Of a stretch of DNA of 64,000 nt, positions 27,630 through 37,910 are shown in pieces. Under the pieces are notes generated by a model. That model saw nothing but the letters and a program-made list of their open reading frames with translations, was not told the DNA's origin and ran no database searches. This DNA is from Spirochaetia bacterium (lineage in GTDB: Bacteria; Spirochaetota; Spirochaetia; UBA9216): assembly GCA_963677925.2 (NCBI GenBank), contig CAXXYH010000003.1:1120001-1184000 (forward strand), read 5' to 3'. Every line of letters begins with the position of its first letter. Within the stretch, counting starts at the first letter, position 1. The translations under genes were made by a program, and so were the position numbers.

Positions 27630-29345
27630 TCACTGCAGGGTTATTATAACAGATCCGTCTCCTGTATTTCCACCGGCGGTATTGGACTGAGATGTACCGC
27701 TGTTGAAGGAACCTCCGCCCCCGCCCCCGTAATAGACACTTAAATAATACTGACCGCCTGTTCCGCCGGAGTATCCGCCGCCTGCACCGCCTCCGCCGCT
27801 TGTATTATGGTTTCCTCCGCCGCCCCCGAAGCCGCCGTATGAATCACCGTCACGTGAAGAACCGCCGGCTGCACCGTTTAGAAATGACAGTCCGGGATAT
27901 CCGGAATTACTCTGCTGGGCGGTTCCGTCACCTATAAATCCTCCGCCGCCTCCGCCGCCGCTTGTATTATCAGTGCTGCCTGAAAGACCTCCGCCGCCTG
28001 CAGTACCTGGAGTCCCGTATCCGCCGCCGTCAAGGGTTCCGTCAGTTCCGGTATCTCCGGCAACACCCAAAGCACTGCCGCTGCCTCCGACACCGCCGCC
28101 GCCGCCTGCAACTATAAGCGGAGTAACCTTGTAGGAGCTGGCTGCTATAGTATATGACGAACCTGAATCAACAAGGGTTACAAAAGATCCTCCGCCGCCC
28201 GCACTTGAAAGAGTCGAAGAGACGGACTGGGAGCCCTGCTGACCGACAAGGATAATAAGCTGTTCGCCTGAGCTCAGGTTGAAGTCACCTATCATAACTG
28301 CACCGTTTGCTCCTGTGTAGCTTGAGTCGTAGTTTTCAGCCCCCTGAGCTCCTCTTGCTTCTATTGTGTATGTTCCGGTTGCAGGAACCGTCCACAGCTG
28401 ATACCCGTCATCAGCCGACGGATTGGTTACCGCACCGTCAAGAGAGGTGCCTGAATATGCTGATGTAAGCATGCTCTGAGTCGGGCCGCTGGCGCCGGCA
28501 GCCCCTGCAGCAGTAAAAGTATAAGTCTGAGGGGCTAACCACTGAGCATACAGGGTGATGTCAGAAGAAACTGAATGCGTATATGATGCCGAATCAAAGT
28601 AGTCTGTACCTGAACCGTCACTCTGAGTATTCCATGCAGAGAAAGCATATCCTGTAAGGCTGAACCCATTCGGGTTCAGATTTACAGTTTCACCATATGA
28701 CACAGACTGTGCTGTCATTACTCCGCCGTCTGAACCATTACCATTGAAATTTATTGAATATGAAGCAGTTCCCCACTGTGCGTACAGAGTCTGTCTTGTC
28801 ATTGACTGTCTGGTATATGATGCTCCGCCTGCGTATGAATCACCGGATCCGTCAGCGGTGGTATTCCAGCCTGTAAAGCTGTAGCCTGATTTTACAAATA
28901 CATTGGACGGCAGACTGATTGTTTCACCTACAGCAACCCGTAGTCCTTCCATACTGCCGCTGTCTGCAAAGTTTCCGTCAAAGAGCAGACTAAGAGTCCA
29001 GTCCATATTAAGAATAATCTCAGTCGTTTCTCCCGCTTCAAGATTTTCGGATGAGGTTCCTATATAAATTGAACTGCCGTCTGAATCAAAAGCTTCCAGA
29101 CTTATTAGACGGCTGTCACCTGCATTTACTTCGGCGGTAATTTCTTCTCCGGGAGCAAAGGACAAAGGAGAGAAGCTCACCCCCTCACCTTCTACAGAAA
29201 GCTTCAGACTTTGCACCGAGGCGGGGACAGTAAGCCCTCTTGAGGATGTTGTGTAAATCTTTATTACAGAGTTCTGGAGGATATCATTATTTAGAGTGCA
29301 GGATATAATTGTCAGTATAATTATAAGTATAAATAATCTTCTCAT
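27630..29345 (-). CDS. Lipoprotein with two InlB B-repeats and an ALK/LTK-like glycine-rich domain
   Basis: Lipobox TIIS-C. Two repeats of GY.F..WNT..DGSG..Y...TLYAQW. Then GPTQ...YQLWTVPATGTYTIEARGAQG...ILVGQQG and poly-Gly runs. Confidence 0.82.
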   Translation of the reverse strand: MRRLFILIIILTIISCTLNNDILQNSVIKIYTTSSRGLTVPASVQSLKLSVEGEGVSFSPLSFAPGEEITAEVNAGDSRLISLEAFDSDGSSIYIGTSSENLEAGETTEIILNMDWTLSLLFDGNFADSGSMEGLRVAVGETISLPSNVFVKSGYSFTGWNTTADGSGDSYAGGASYTRQSMTRQTLYAQWGTASYSINFNGNGSDGGVMTAQSVSYGETVNLNPNGFSLTGYAFSAWNTQSDGSGTDYFDSASYTHSVSSDITLYAQWLAPQTYTFTAAGAAGASGPTQSMLTSAYSGTSLDGAVTNPSADDGYQLWTVPATGTYTIEARGAQGAENYDSSYTGANGAVMIGDFNLSSGEQLIILVGQQGSQSVSSTLSSAGGGGSFVTLVDSGSSYTIAASSYKVTPLIVAGGGGGVGGSGSALGVAGDTGTDGTLDGGGYGTPGTAGGGGLSGSTDNTSGGGGGGGFIGDGTAQQSNSGYPGLSFLNGAAGGSSRDGDSYGGFGGGGGNHNTSGGGGAGGGYSGGTGGQYYLSVYYGGGGGGSFNSGTSQSNTAGGNTGDGSVIITLQ

Positions 29346-29556
29346 TTCCGGCTCCTTGAGAATCCAATAAAATTCATTACATTTTGGAGCTTACTTTGAG
29401 AAATCTATTTTGCAATGGTTTAAGTATAGTAATAGAAAAAACCCGAATCAAGAAAACTGTTATAGATATTTTGCCGGTCTTAATTCATTTTTTACAAATT
29501 TTACTATACATGATAAAATATTGTAAATTTTTATTAAAAAATATAGGGAACTGAAA

Positions 29557-31374
29557 ATGAAGAAAATCATGATAAAGGTTATCCTCTCATGCCTCATATT
29601 CTGTTCTGCGTCCATTCTTGGATTTTCTCAGGACAGCAATGATGAATCATCCGGCAGTCAAACCATCTATTATAATCCATCTTCATCAAATGACGGAGTA
29701 ACCACAAAAGCGGAAATAAGATGGAAGATATACCGGTATATGACAGAAGTCGTTTTCATGCTCAACCTCAGGCTCGAAATGACCGGAAGCGAGGTCTATG
29801 TAGAAGGAAAACAATACAGTAAAAATGAACTGGGAGATGTATGGAAGAAAATAAAAGTACAGGAATCGAGTTTTAGATTAAAGGCTGATCTGGCCGTCAT
29901 GCACGGAAGAGCTCTGGGAACCGGAACCCTGACTCTCTGGCAGGAAGGCACAATGACAGGTCTGGACGGATACTTCGGATTATCCAACAGTGATCTCAGA
30001 GGCCTGTATGACGGTGGCGGCGGAAATCTTGAGCTGAGAAATTTTAAATTAACAGAATTAAGTTTTGAAGGCCTGTATGATGTAAAGCAGTACATACGGC
30101 AGAAAGAAAGAGAAGAGCGGCAGGCTAAAGAACTTGAACAGAAAGCAGAGGCCGCTTATGAAAAGGCATCCAGGCTATACGGAAACCGGGAATGGGAAGC
30201 TTCAATCAAATCATATGAGGAAGCTTTGAAATTGTCTCCCGACCATTATCAGGCCCCTATGGCAAGATTTAACATCTCCCAGGCAGAAATCAGAATCAGG
30301 AATATTCTGGAACAGCAGCAGAAAGCCGACAGTTTATACAGTCAGGCAGAAAGCAGTTTCAGAAGCAGGAACTGGCAGGCTTCAATCAACCTTTACAGAG
30401 AAGCCTTAAATTTTGCTCCCGAACACAGTAAATCTGCAGAGGCACAAAGAAATATTCGAACTGCAGAAGAAGAACTTGTAAAAATAGAAGAAAAGGAAAA
30501 AACAGAAGCCGAAGCTGCTGACAATGCTTTCCGGAGAGCTGATGAATTATACAATGATAAATTCTGGGAAGAGGCTGTCAAAGCATATCAATCGGCCATC
30601 GAAAAGTACCCGGATGATTACCGGACTTCATCAGCAGGGCGCCGAATAAATTATGCAAGACAATACATTGCCAAGGAAGAAGCCGAAGAAAAAGCAAGGA
30701 TAGATGCAGAGAGGGAGCAGGCGGAACGCGAAGAACGGCTGGAAGCGGCCAGAATAGCCCAGCAGAATCAGCTGAATCAGGCCCAGATGGAAGCCAGACA
30801 GCGAGAAGCACTCAGGCGCCAGCTTGCAAGCTCGATTACCGGAGTTATTGATACCTTTGATTTCGGGTACATAGGCTTTTCCGGAGGGCTTATGTTTCGT
30901 GAGGATTATAATGAAGATTATTTTGCCGAATCTGAGTATTCAATTATACCCGGCATCAACATAACCGCCCGTGGAGGTTGGCTTATGAACGACGAGGGCT
31001 CCCTTATAAATATGGGCTTGGGACCCGTAATAGGTGCAGGATACTATTTCGGAGATGAACTTACATATCAGGAAATTTATCCGCAGGAGATGGTCACAGA
31101 AAATGATACACTCATGATCTACCGAGCAGGTTTGACCATGATGGTAATACTGCCGTATATACGCATCGATACTGAATTTTCATACGGATGGGTACTTCCT
31201 TATGAAAGTCTATTCGACGGAGAAGCAATGATCATTTCCGTAATCCTTGGCTTTGGCAATTTTAATATCGGGATGGATCTGATGTTTATGGAATTTGATG
31301 ATGAATATTATGAATATGCGGATGAATATAATTCAGGCACGAGACCTGTAATCACACTTGGATTTGAATTCTAA
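29557..31374 (+). CDS. Exported TPR-repeat protein with C-terminal beta-barrel-like domain
   Basis: Signal peptide, three TPR-like units (W.ASI..Y.EAL...P), coiled coil, C-terminal strand ending ITLGFEF. Confidence 0.78.
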   Translation: MKKIMIKVILSCLIFCSASILGFSQDSNDESSGSQTIYYNPSSSNDGVTTKAEIRWKIYRYMTEVVFMLNLRLEMTGSEVYVEGKQYSKNELGDVWKKIKVQESSFRLKADLAVMHGRALGTGTLTLWQEGTMTGLDGYFGLSNSDLRGLYDGGGGNLELRNFKLTELSFEGLYDVKQYIRQKEREERQAKELEQKAEAAYEKASRLYGNREWEASIKSYEEALKLSPDHYQAPMARFNISQAEIRIRNILEQQQKADSLYSQAESSFRSRNWQASINLYREALNFAPEHSKSAEAQRNIRTAEEELVKIEEKEKTEAEAADNAFRRADELYNDKFWEEAVKAYQSAIEKYPDDYRTSSAGRRINYARQYIAKEEAEEKARIDAEREQAEREERLEAARIAQQNQLNQAQMEARQREALRRQLASSITGVIDTFDFGYIGFSGGLMFREDYNEDYFAESEYSIIPGINITARGGWLMNDEGSLINMGLGPVIGAGYYFGDELTYQEIYPQEMVTENDTLMIYRAGLTMMVILPYIRIDTEFSYGWVLPYESLFDGEAMIISVILGFGNFNIGMDLMFMEFDDEYYEYADEYNSGTRPVITLGFEF

Positions 31375-31398
31375 TTAACAGTTAAAAACTGAAAATAT

Positions 31399-31431
31399 AA
31401 AGCCCGAATCATGTTTTATGATCCGGGCTTT
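31399..31431. terminator. Bidirectional intrinsic terminator
   Basis: aaagcccgaatcat-N5-atgatccgggcttt between convergent genes. Confidence 0.7.
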
Positions 31432-31466
31432 GGTTTCAAATAAAGTTTTACTGAAAATATTTCTGA

Positions 31467-31838
31467 CTATTTTCTTATTCCAAGGCTTCTTACATAGTGA
31501 ATTCCTGAATCTTTATCAATAGTCATTTCAAGGTTCATATCTGTCGGAGCCTTGACAAATTTATATTTTCTTCCGCTTTCAGCACAGTAAAATTGAATAT
31601 AAATGCCGTCCATATTGGCACCGGCTTTAAAATCCTGGATGGTTTTCCCCTCAAAATCAAAATATACATTTCCGTTAACATCGAGAATTCTAATATTGGT
31701 TGAGCTGAATTCCCACACAGCTCCGTATGTATCATCAATCCATTTCCCAAGCGGAAACTCACCAAGTTCTATACCCTCAGCAAAAAGTCCGCCGCCGATA
31801 AAAAGAAGAATCAGTGTAACAAACAGAATCTTTTTCAT
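31467..31838 (-). CDS. Small exported hypothetical protein
   Basis: Signal peptide ending GLFA-E, RBS AGGAG. Confidence 0.8.
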   Translation of the reverse strand: MKKILFVTLILLFIGGGLFAEGIELGEFPLGKWIDDTYGAVWEFSSTNIRILDVNGNVYFDFEGKTIQDFKAGANMDGIYIQFYCAESGRKYKFVKAPTDMNLEMTIDKDSGIHYVRSLGIRK

Positions 31839-31916
31839 ATATACTCCTAAGTTTTGTATATTGTTTCTTTAATATATCATAAATAAGAGACTAAAAGAAT
31901 TCTTTTATTTTATATT

Positions 31917-32918
31917 CTAGCTGATGCGGACAAGGGTTTTCATTCTTGAGGGCTCATCGAAATGTTTTAGAGCCTCCCCAAGCTCTTCAAGGCTGATACT
32001 TGATGAAACAAGTGAGGAGGAATCAATACGGCCCTGAGCCAGAAGTTCCAGGCTTTCCGGGATTTCTGTTGTATAGATCATCGAGCCTTTAATGGTAAGT
32101 TCTTTTCTTACAATTTTTACAGTTGATACCGGATATTCAAGCGCAGGCAGACCGAGTGTTACAATCACGGCACCGGGGGCTGCAAGTTCAATGCATTCAT
32201 TCAGTCCTGCAGGAGATCCGGTGGTTTCGAATATAACATCAAATTCTCCCTGATGTGAATAAAGCTCATCACTGTCGCCGAAAACACGTGCGGCTCCCAT
32301 GCTCCTCGCAAGTTCAAGCCTTGAATCCAATAGATCGCTGCTTGTAATATTATCACTGTATGCCTTGGCAGTCTGAAGACAGAGCTGACCAATTACTCCG
32401 GCACCCAGAACAAGAACCCTGTCTGCTTTTTTTATTCCGGCTTTCTTGATTCCATGGAGACAAACGGCAAGAGGTTCAGCAAAAACCGCAACCTCATCCG
32501 GCATTTCCTCAGGAACCTGAAATACCGCCGATGCGGGAACTACCGCATATTCCGCAAATACACCGTCAATATCCACACCGAGCCGGATTTTACTGCTGCA
32601 GATATTTGTAAGCCCCTTCCTGCACATTTCACAGACACCGCAGAAATAATTCGGGTGTATGGTAACCCGCTGCCCCGGGTGCAGATGTCTGACATTATTT
32701 CCTGCCGCATCGATAAGACCTACAGCCTCATGACCGGGAATCAGAGGGAAGGGAGCTTCAAGCTTTCCATGAAACATGGAGTTATCGGATCCGCAGATTC
32801 CGCCGAGTTTTACCTGAACGCGAACTTCATCAGGTCCGGGAACAGGAACCTGAACATCATTTACTTCTATATTACCAATTGCTTTTATAACAGCAGCTTT
32901 CATTTTCATATCCTTCAA
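31917..32918 (-). CDS. Zinc-dependent MDR alcohol dehydrogenase (sorbitol/threonine DH-like)
   Basis: GICGSD, GHE, CGVCEMC..G..NIC, GAGVIG. Confidence 0.92.
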   Translation of the reverse strand: MKDMKMKAAVIKAIGNIEVNDVQVPVPGPDEVRVQVKLGGICGSDNSMFHGKLEAPFPLIPGHEAVGLIDAAGNNVRHLHPGQRVTIHPNYFCGVCEMCRKGLTNICSSKIRLGVDIDGVFAEYAVVPASAVFQVPEEMPDEVAVFAEPLAVCLHGIKKAGIKKADRVLVLGAGVIGQLCLQTAKAYSDNITSSDLLDSRLELARSMGAARVFGDSDELYSHQGEFDVIFETTGSPAGLNECIELAAPGAVIVTLGLPALEYPVSTVKIVRKELTIKGSMIYTTEIPESLELLAQGRIDSSSLVSSSISLEELGEALKHFDEPSRMKTLVRIS

Positions 32919-32938
32919 CGTTGCAACAGGGTATTAGT

Positions 32939-33859
32939 TTAGACACTGAAAATCAAGCCCGCATGTCTGGATCTCTGCCGGATTGCATAAAACTCACTTA
33001 TAATCCCGGCCATTTCCGGGCATCGAAGATAACCGTAGGATTTATGAGGATTTCTCTCACCTTCAAATTCATAGTTATTCCGGATAAGCGTATCCTGAGG
33101 TTGTATCCCGTGACGGTTCGGCAGAAAATCATCATTAAGAATATAATTAATTGCAACACGGTCCTTGAAATCTGCCAGATTATACCAATTCCGTATAATA
33201 TTATCAGGCGTTCTTAAAACAGGATCTGTCCCCGGATATTCTGAAATAAGCTTGCTTTTAACTACAGGATTACCAAGCGGTGATCCTATGGTAACCAGTG
33301 TATCAATCTTAACATCGGGCACCCATCTGGTAAGAACATCCCAGGCAATTATTGACCCCATTGAATGAGCAACCAGCATAATTTTCTTTCTCCGGTTTTT
33401 TCTAATGCAGTCAGCCAGCCTTCCGCAAATTTCATCACGTTTTCTGTAATCCTTTTCGTTGAAGTAGGCATCAAGATCCTTAAGGAAATGACGTATTATA
33501 AAATCTGTAATTCTCGAGAAATTGGGAGAACCGTCGTCCTCAATAAAAATCTTTTCGAGCTGTTCGTTGAGCATTTTTCTGAACCCTGGATTTTGATCAC
33601 GTATTTCTGTAACCGAATATGCCCCGCCCCCCCGAACATAGGGTTCTTTTAAAAATAATTCACTGCCTTTATCTGTAATATTCGGGTCTAAAGCATTCGG
33701 ATGCAGCAGTGAGGCCCAGTAAACCATGCTGAAATTAATAAATCTGTACCGTAAGGAATCACCCAGACCCTCTATGACAGAAGCCTTCCACCACTGCTCA
33801 AGCTGGCGGTACGGGGGTTTGTTTCCCAGACCATGGATTCCTATGATTATTCTGGACAT
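32939..33859 (-). CDS. Alpha/beta hydrolase (lipase/acyltransferase-like)
   Basis: IHGLG, VAHSMGS, LVTIGSPLG, D.VA, PH.SYGYL. Confidence 0.8.
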   Translation of the reverse strand: MSRIIIGIHGLGNKPPYRQLEQWWKASVIEGLGDSLRYRFINFSMVYWASLLHPNALDPNITDKGSELFLKEPYVRGGGAYSVTEIRDQNPGFRKMLNEQLEKIFIEDDGSPNFSRITDFIIRHFLKDLDAYFNEKDYRKRDEICGRLADCIRKNRRKKIMLVAHSMGSIIAWDVLTRWVPDVKIDTLVTIGSPLGNPVVKSKLISEYPGTDPVLRTPDNIIRNWYNLADFKDRVAINYILNDDFLPNRHGIQPQDTLIRNNYEFEGERNPHKSYGYLRCPEMAGIISEFYAIRQRSRHAGLIFSV

Positions 33860-33994
33860 TTTTGGAGTACCCTCACTTTATAATATCTGTAAACCAGTGA
33901 TGCTATATTGCAATAAAGCTGAAGGTTTTCACAAGACTTTTTAGAGGATATCGGCCCTTTTTAATCATTTATAGGCATCAGATATCAGAGCATT

Positions 33995-35059
33995 TCAAAA
34001 ATCAGCCATAACCCGGTTCTTTCCGGATTCCTTCCCACGGTACAAAAGGGCATCGACACGCTCAAACAGTGATTTCTGCGTATCTCCCTCTCTGCAGTGA
34101 GACACACCGAAAGTAACAGTGACATCAATTGCTGTCTCTGAGCATTGAATCGGTAATGAAACAACCTGCTTCCTGATTCGTTCCATGGTATCAACGGCCT
34201 GCTCTGCAGTAGTATTCTTCAGAATAAAAATAAATTCCTCACCGCCCCATCTTCCGATAAAATCATAGTTTCTTACACAGCTTCGGAAGCGTGCTGCCAT
34301 TTCGGTGAGTACCTCGTCACCGCACTGATGACCGTAAGTATCGTTTACTTTTTTAAAATTATCCAGATCTCCCAGGGCAACAGCCACACCCGTTGCTCCA
34401 TCTTTTGAGGAACATAAAAGTATTCTGGAAAGTTCATCCTCTACACTCCTTCTGTTGGGAAGCTCTGTTAAAGTATCGGTGTTTGCCATATGTACTACCC
34501 GGCCGTGATACTGTTTCAGTTCAGATTCTACATCTTTTAATGCCAGATGATAACGGTAGAAACTCAATGAAAGAACTGTAAACGCTGCAATGATGTTAAG
34601 CTCACGAAATACCATACGATGAGCAGCAGGAATTTCATAAAGTGAATTTCCATTTCCGAAAAATACCAGAATCAGAACGTAAAAAATGAGTATGGAAAAA
34701 CTGATGATCAGGCCGTGATTTCGTTTTATACTTGCGCTTGCCGAAATCAGAACATTAACAACAAGAAGATAATGATGTATACCGACTGAAATTCCCATAA
34801 AATAAACCATACCCGGAATATCAATGAGGAATGTTGCCAACCCCATGGTTACAGCAGCTGTAAACAATTCCAGTCTGGCAAGCATAAGGGCAGCACCGAA
34901 AAGCAGGATAATTCCCAGACTGAAATATAATGGAATTAAAAAACCCATCACCATATAGTAAAAAGTATACGGAAGGGTGAATAGCATCGCCATAAAATAG
35001 ATTGTTGACTGGTAGGTATAGACAGGGTCAAAGCGTTTTGACGATGTATCGTTGTTCAT
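33995..35059 (-). CDS. Membrane diguanylate cyclase (GGDEF)
   Basis: N-terminal TMs, DTLTELPNRR, DNFKKVNDTYGH, RWGGEEF. ATG 35059 preferred over the track start 35089. Confidence 0.9.
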   Translation of the reverse strand: MNNDTSSKRFDPVYTYQSTIYFMAMLFTLPYTFYYMVMGFLIPLYFSLGIILLFGAALMLARLELFTAAVTMGLATFLIDIPGMVYFMGISVGIHHYLLVVNVLISASASIKRNHGLIISFSILIFYVLILVFFGNGNSLYEIPAAHRMVFRELNIIAAFTVLSLSFYRYHLALKDVESELKQYHGRVVHMANTDTLTELPNRRSVEDELSRILLCSSKDGATGVAVALGDLDNFKKVNDTYGHQCGDEVLTEMAARFRSCVRNYDFIGRWGGEEFIFILKNTTAEQAVDTMERIRKQVVSLPIQCSETAIDVTVTFGVSHCREGDTQKSLFERVDALLYRGKESGKNRVMADF

Positions 35060-35247
35060 AATTAAATTATATGAACTGAACAGCGGCAATCAAACCTTGA
35101 ATCAGTAAATTTACGCTTTTATTACTATTTGCATTCTGCTGTAAAGCAGAAGAAATTATAGCTGAGCACAGGCGGTTTCATAGCTCAGGCGGACCTGCCT
35201 GAGCACAGCTGTTAAATGCAATAATCAGATATGATCTTTGGATTAGA

Positions 35248-36168
35248 TTAAGCAAAATATGATTTTGCTATCTCCGCACCCACACGGGCATTATTGAAAA
35301 CAAGTTCAATGTTTGTATTAAGTGAAGCCTTTCCGGTTATTGTCTTAATTGCATCAAGCAGAAAGGGCGTTGCATCTTTCCCTGATATGCCCTTTGCGTC
35401 CATATCTGCAAGAGCCTTTTCTATTGCGCTGTCAATTGTCTTTTTATCTGCTTCAAATTCTTCGGGTACCGGGTTTGCTACAACCATACCGCCCTTGAGT
35501 CCGAGCTCTCTTTTTACACGGAACATGTCGGCAATATCCTTTGCGCTGTCGCAGGAAATCTCAACAGGGTATCCGCTGTCACGGGTAAAAAATGCAGGGA
35601 ACTTCGTTGTGCCGTAACCGACAACCGGAACACCGTATGTCTCAAGGTATTCAAGTGTGAGACCGATATCGAGTATTGATTTTGCCCCTGCGCAGACTAC
35701 TGCAACAGAGGTATTGGCCAGTTCCTGAAGGTCGGCCGATACATCAAAGGTCTTTTCAGCACCGCGGTGAACTCCGCCGATCCCGCCTGTAACAAAAACA
35801 GGAATACCTGCGAGGTCGGATATGATCATAGTTGCGGCTACAGTGGTAGCTCCGCAGAGTTTTTGTGAAACAACCCAGGGGATATCCCTTCTGCTGACTT
35901 TCAGAATATCACTGCTGTTTCCAAGTCTTTCTAGCTCATCATCCTCAAGCCCTACGGTGAGCACACCATCAAGAATGGCTATAGTTGCGGGGATAACGCC
36001 TCTGTCACGTACGATCTTTTCAACCTTCAATGCTGTTTCAACATTATCCGGATACGGCATACCGTGAGATATAATAGTTGATTCAAGACTGAGGACTGGT
36101 TTGCCCTCTGCCAGAGCCTGTTTAACTTCGTCCTTGATTTTTATATAGCTGCTGAAATTCTTTTCCAT
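35248..36168 (-). CDS. psuG: Pseudouridine-5'-phosphate glycosidase
   Basis: LESTIISHGMPYP, KVSRRD, GATTVAATM, TGGIGGVHRG, DVSADLQEL, AGAKSILDI, TPFLL. Confidence 0.96.
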   Translation of the reverse strand: MEKNFSSYIKIKDEVKQALAEGKPVLSLESTIISHGMPYPDNVETALKVEKIVRDRGVIPATIAILDGVLTVGLEDDELERLGNSSDILKVSRRDIPWVVSQKLCGATTVAATMIISDLAGIPVFVTGGIGGVHRGAEKTFDVSADLQELANTSVAVVCAGAKSILDIGLTLEYLETYGVPVVGYGTTKFPAFFTRDSGYPVEISCDSAKDIADMFRVKRELGLKGGMVVANPVPEEFEADKKTIDSAIEKALADMDAKGISGKDATPFLLDAIKTITGKASLNTNIELVFNNARVGAEIAKSYFA

Positions 36169-36185
36169 TTGTCTGTAAACTCCTG

Positions 36186-37277
36186 TTATTCGATTATTTC
36201 CAGTATTTTTTCAGTTGATAGCGACGGATTAACTGTTTCATTGCACAGAACCGTCAAGGCTGATGCGGCTGATGCAAATTTGACTTTTTGATGCACGTTC
36301 ATGTCATTCAATGAACTATAAACCAGACCGGCCATAAACGCGTCACCGGCACCGTTGGAATTCGCCATTTTATAAGGATCCCTGCTGTAGAAACCGATTC
36401 CGTCTTCGGAACCGTAGCAGGTTCCCTTCACACCTCTGTTTATATAAACCTCACTGATACCAGCTGAAACAAGGCGACCGGCGGCTGCCTCAAAATCAGA
36501 ATCCGATTCAATTTTAATTCCGCTTATTATCTCAGCCTCATACCTGTTGCAGGTAAGGGTATGAATATTATGCAGAAGTCCTGCCAGTTTACCGGCCTTT
36601 GCGGTAGAGACAGGATCTACAAAGAACCTTGTATTACGAAAATTATTCAGAAGGTAATCAAGAACTTCTGCCGAGAGATTAGCTTCAACAACAACGGCAG
36701 AGGCGTTTTCTATCAGATTGTTATTTTTGTTTATATAATCAATATTTATCCGGTTGGTGATATCCATGTCAGACAGGGCAAGAACCATTTCACCTGCCTC
36801 GTCCTGGATTGACAGATAAATGGAACTGCGGCCATCATCAATAACCTTAACAGCATCCATATCTATTTTAAGTGTTCTGCAGTCAGCGAGTATTTTATCT
36901 CCGTAAACATCGCCCCCGACAGCCGATAGCATTTTTACACATACATCAAGCCTTGAAAGGTTTTCAGCAATATTACGCCCTACCCCGCCGAGAGACATTC
37001 TGACGGAACCGGGATTGCTGTCGTTGAATCGCAGGCTATGATCGGGAAATCCTGAGATATCTATATTTGCACCGCCAATTACAAGCGCATAGTTCTCTTC
37101 TCCAAGAATATATTTCTTACCCTTTATCATGCCCTTTCTTGTCAGGTTAAGAATATGAACCCCTACGGACGATCTGGTTATGCCAAGCCTGAGGGCAATT
37201 TCCTTCTGACTTATCCATGGATCTGATTTTATCAGCTCAAGGATTTCCTGTTCTCTCTTTGTCACAGCCGCTCCCAT
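36186..37277 (-). CDS. psuK: Pseudouridine kinase (PfkB family) with N-terminal HTH
   Basis: HTH (ISQKEIA..LGITRSSV..HI.NL), GGANID, GGVGRNIAENL, GAGDAF. Adjacent to psuG. GTG at 37265 is an alternative start. Confidence 0.9.
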   Translation of the reverse strand: MGAAVTKREQEILELIKSDPWISQKEIALRLGITRSSVGVHILNLTRKGMIKGKKYILGEENYALVIGGANIDISGFPDHSLRFNDSNPGSVRMSLGGVGRNIAENLSRLDVCVKMLSAVGGDVYGDKILADCRTLKIDMDAVKVIDDGRSSIYLSIQDEAGEMVLALSDMDITNRINIDYINKNNNLIENASAVVVEANLSAEVLDYLLNNFRNTRFFVDPVSTAKAGKLAGLLHNIHTLTCNRYEAEIISGIKIESDSDFEAAAGRLVSAGISEVYINRGVKGTCYGSEDGIGFYSRDPYKMANSNGAGDAFMAGLVYSSLNDMNVHQKVKFASAASALTVLCNETVNPSLSTEKILEIIE

Positions 37278-37280
37278 AAC

Positions 37281-37322
37281 TAAACATATATTTATATTAT
37301 AAACTATTATTTATATTGTCAA
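37281..37322 (-). promoter_or_regulatory. psuK promoter with two near-palindromic TAAAC-N4-ATTTA boxes
   Basis: TAAACATATATTTA at 37281 and TAAACTATTATTTA at 37300; TTGACA at 37322-37317. Confidence 0.5.
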
Positions 37323-37364
37323 TTATGTAAATGTACAGAATAAATGTTCATTCATTAATTATAT

Positions 37365-37910
37365 AAAAAAAGTCCAGAAATATATTTCTGGACGACAGCG
37401 TAATCATTTTTTTATAGATTTATATGATTTTAATTTCAGGAGAATCAAAGAAATGAAACAATTCAAGATCCAGTTTTATTTTCTCTCTATTTTACTTGTT
37501 CTGAACCTGTCAGGATGCGACCCGGATATTGCAACCGGAGTTGAAGACTCAGACGGCACAGGAACAGTTGAAACTGACAGCGGCATATCAGCCGATGCGG
37601 CAGCAGTGGCAGCAGATACTGCCGCACTTGATGAGTCGGATTTCACCTTCGCATCTGGAGACAGCAGGACAGACGTTACCGGAGACTTTACAGTCCCCAC
37701 CAGCGGGGACAGCGGGACAATCATCACCTGGACTGAGAAACAGGATACGGGTGATAACGTATCAGTTAATGCAGGTACAGTAACAGTAACCCGGCCGGCA
37801 GCCGGCAGCTCAGATGCGGAAGTAATTCTTACTGCCGCTGTAAGCATGGGGTCCGAATCAGCAACAGTTGATTTCACATTTACAATCAATCACATCCCGG
37901 ATGACGAAGC
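37365..37910 (+). repeat. Copy 1 of a ~545-bp duplicated segment (upstream region plus 5' CDS)
   Basis: Very similar to 39346-39891 (offset 1981 bp). Confidence 0.9.
37372..37393. promoter_or_regulatory. Perfect 22-bp palindrome GTCCAGAAATATATTTCTGGAC
   Basis: Exact inverted repeat. The GGACGAC ends 57 nt before the ATG. Identical copy at 39353. Confidence 0.75.

Noticed and set aside
35162-35208. ctgagcacag direct repeat and gctcaggc/gcctgagc hairpin as a REP or ncRNA
   Set aside because: Single occurrence in the window; most simply a 3' stem-loop of psuG.
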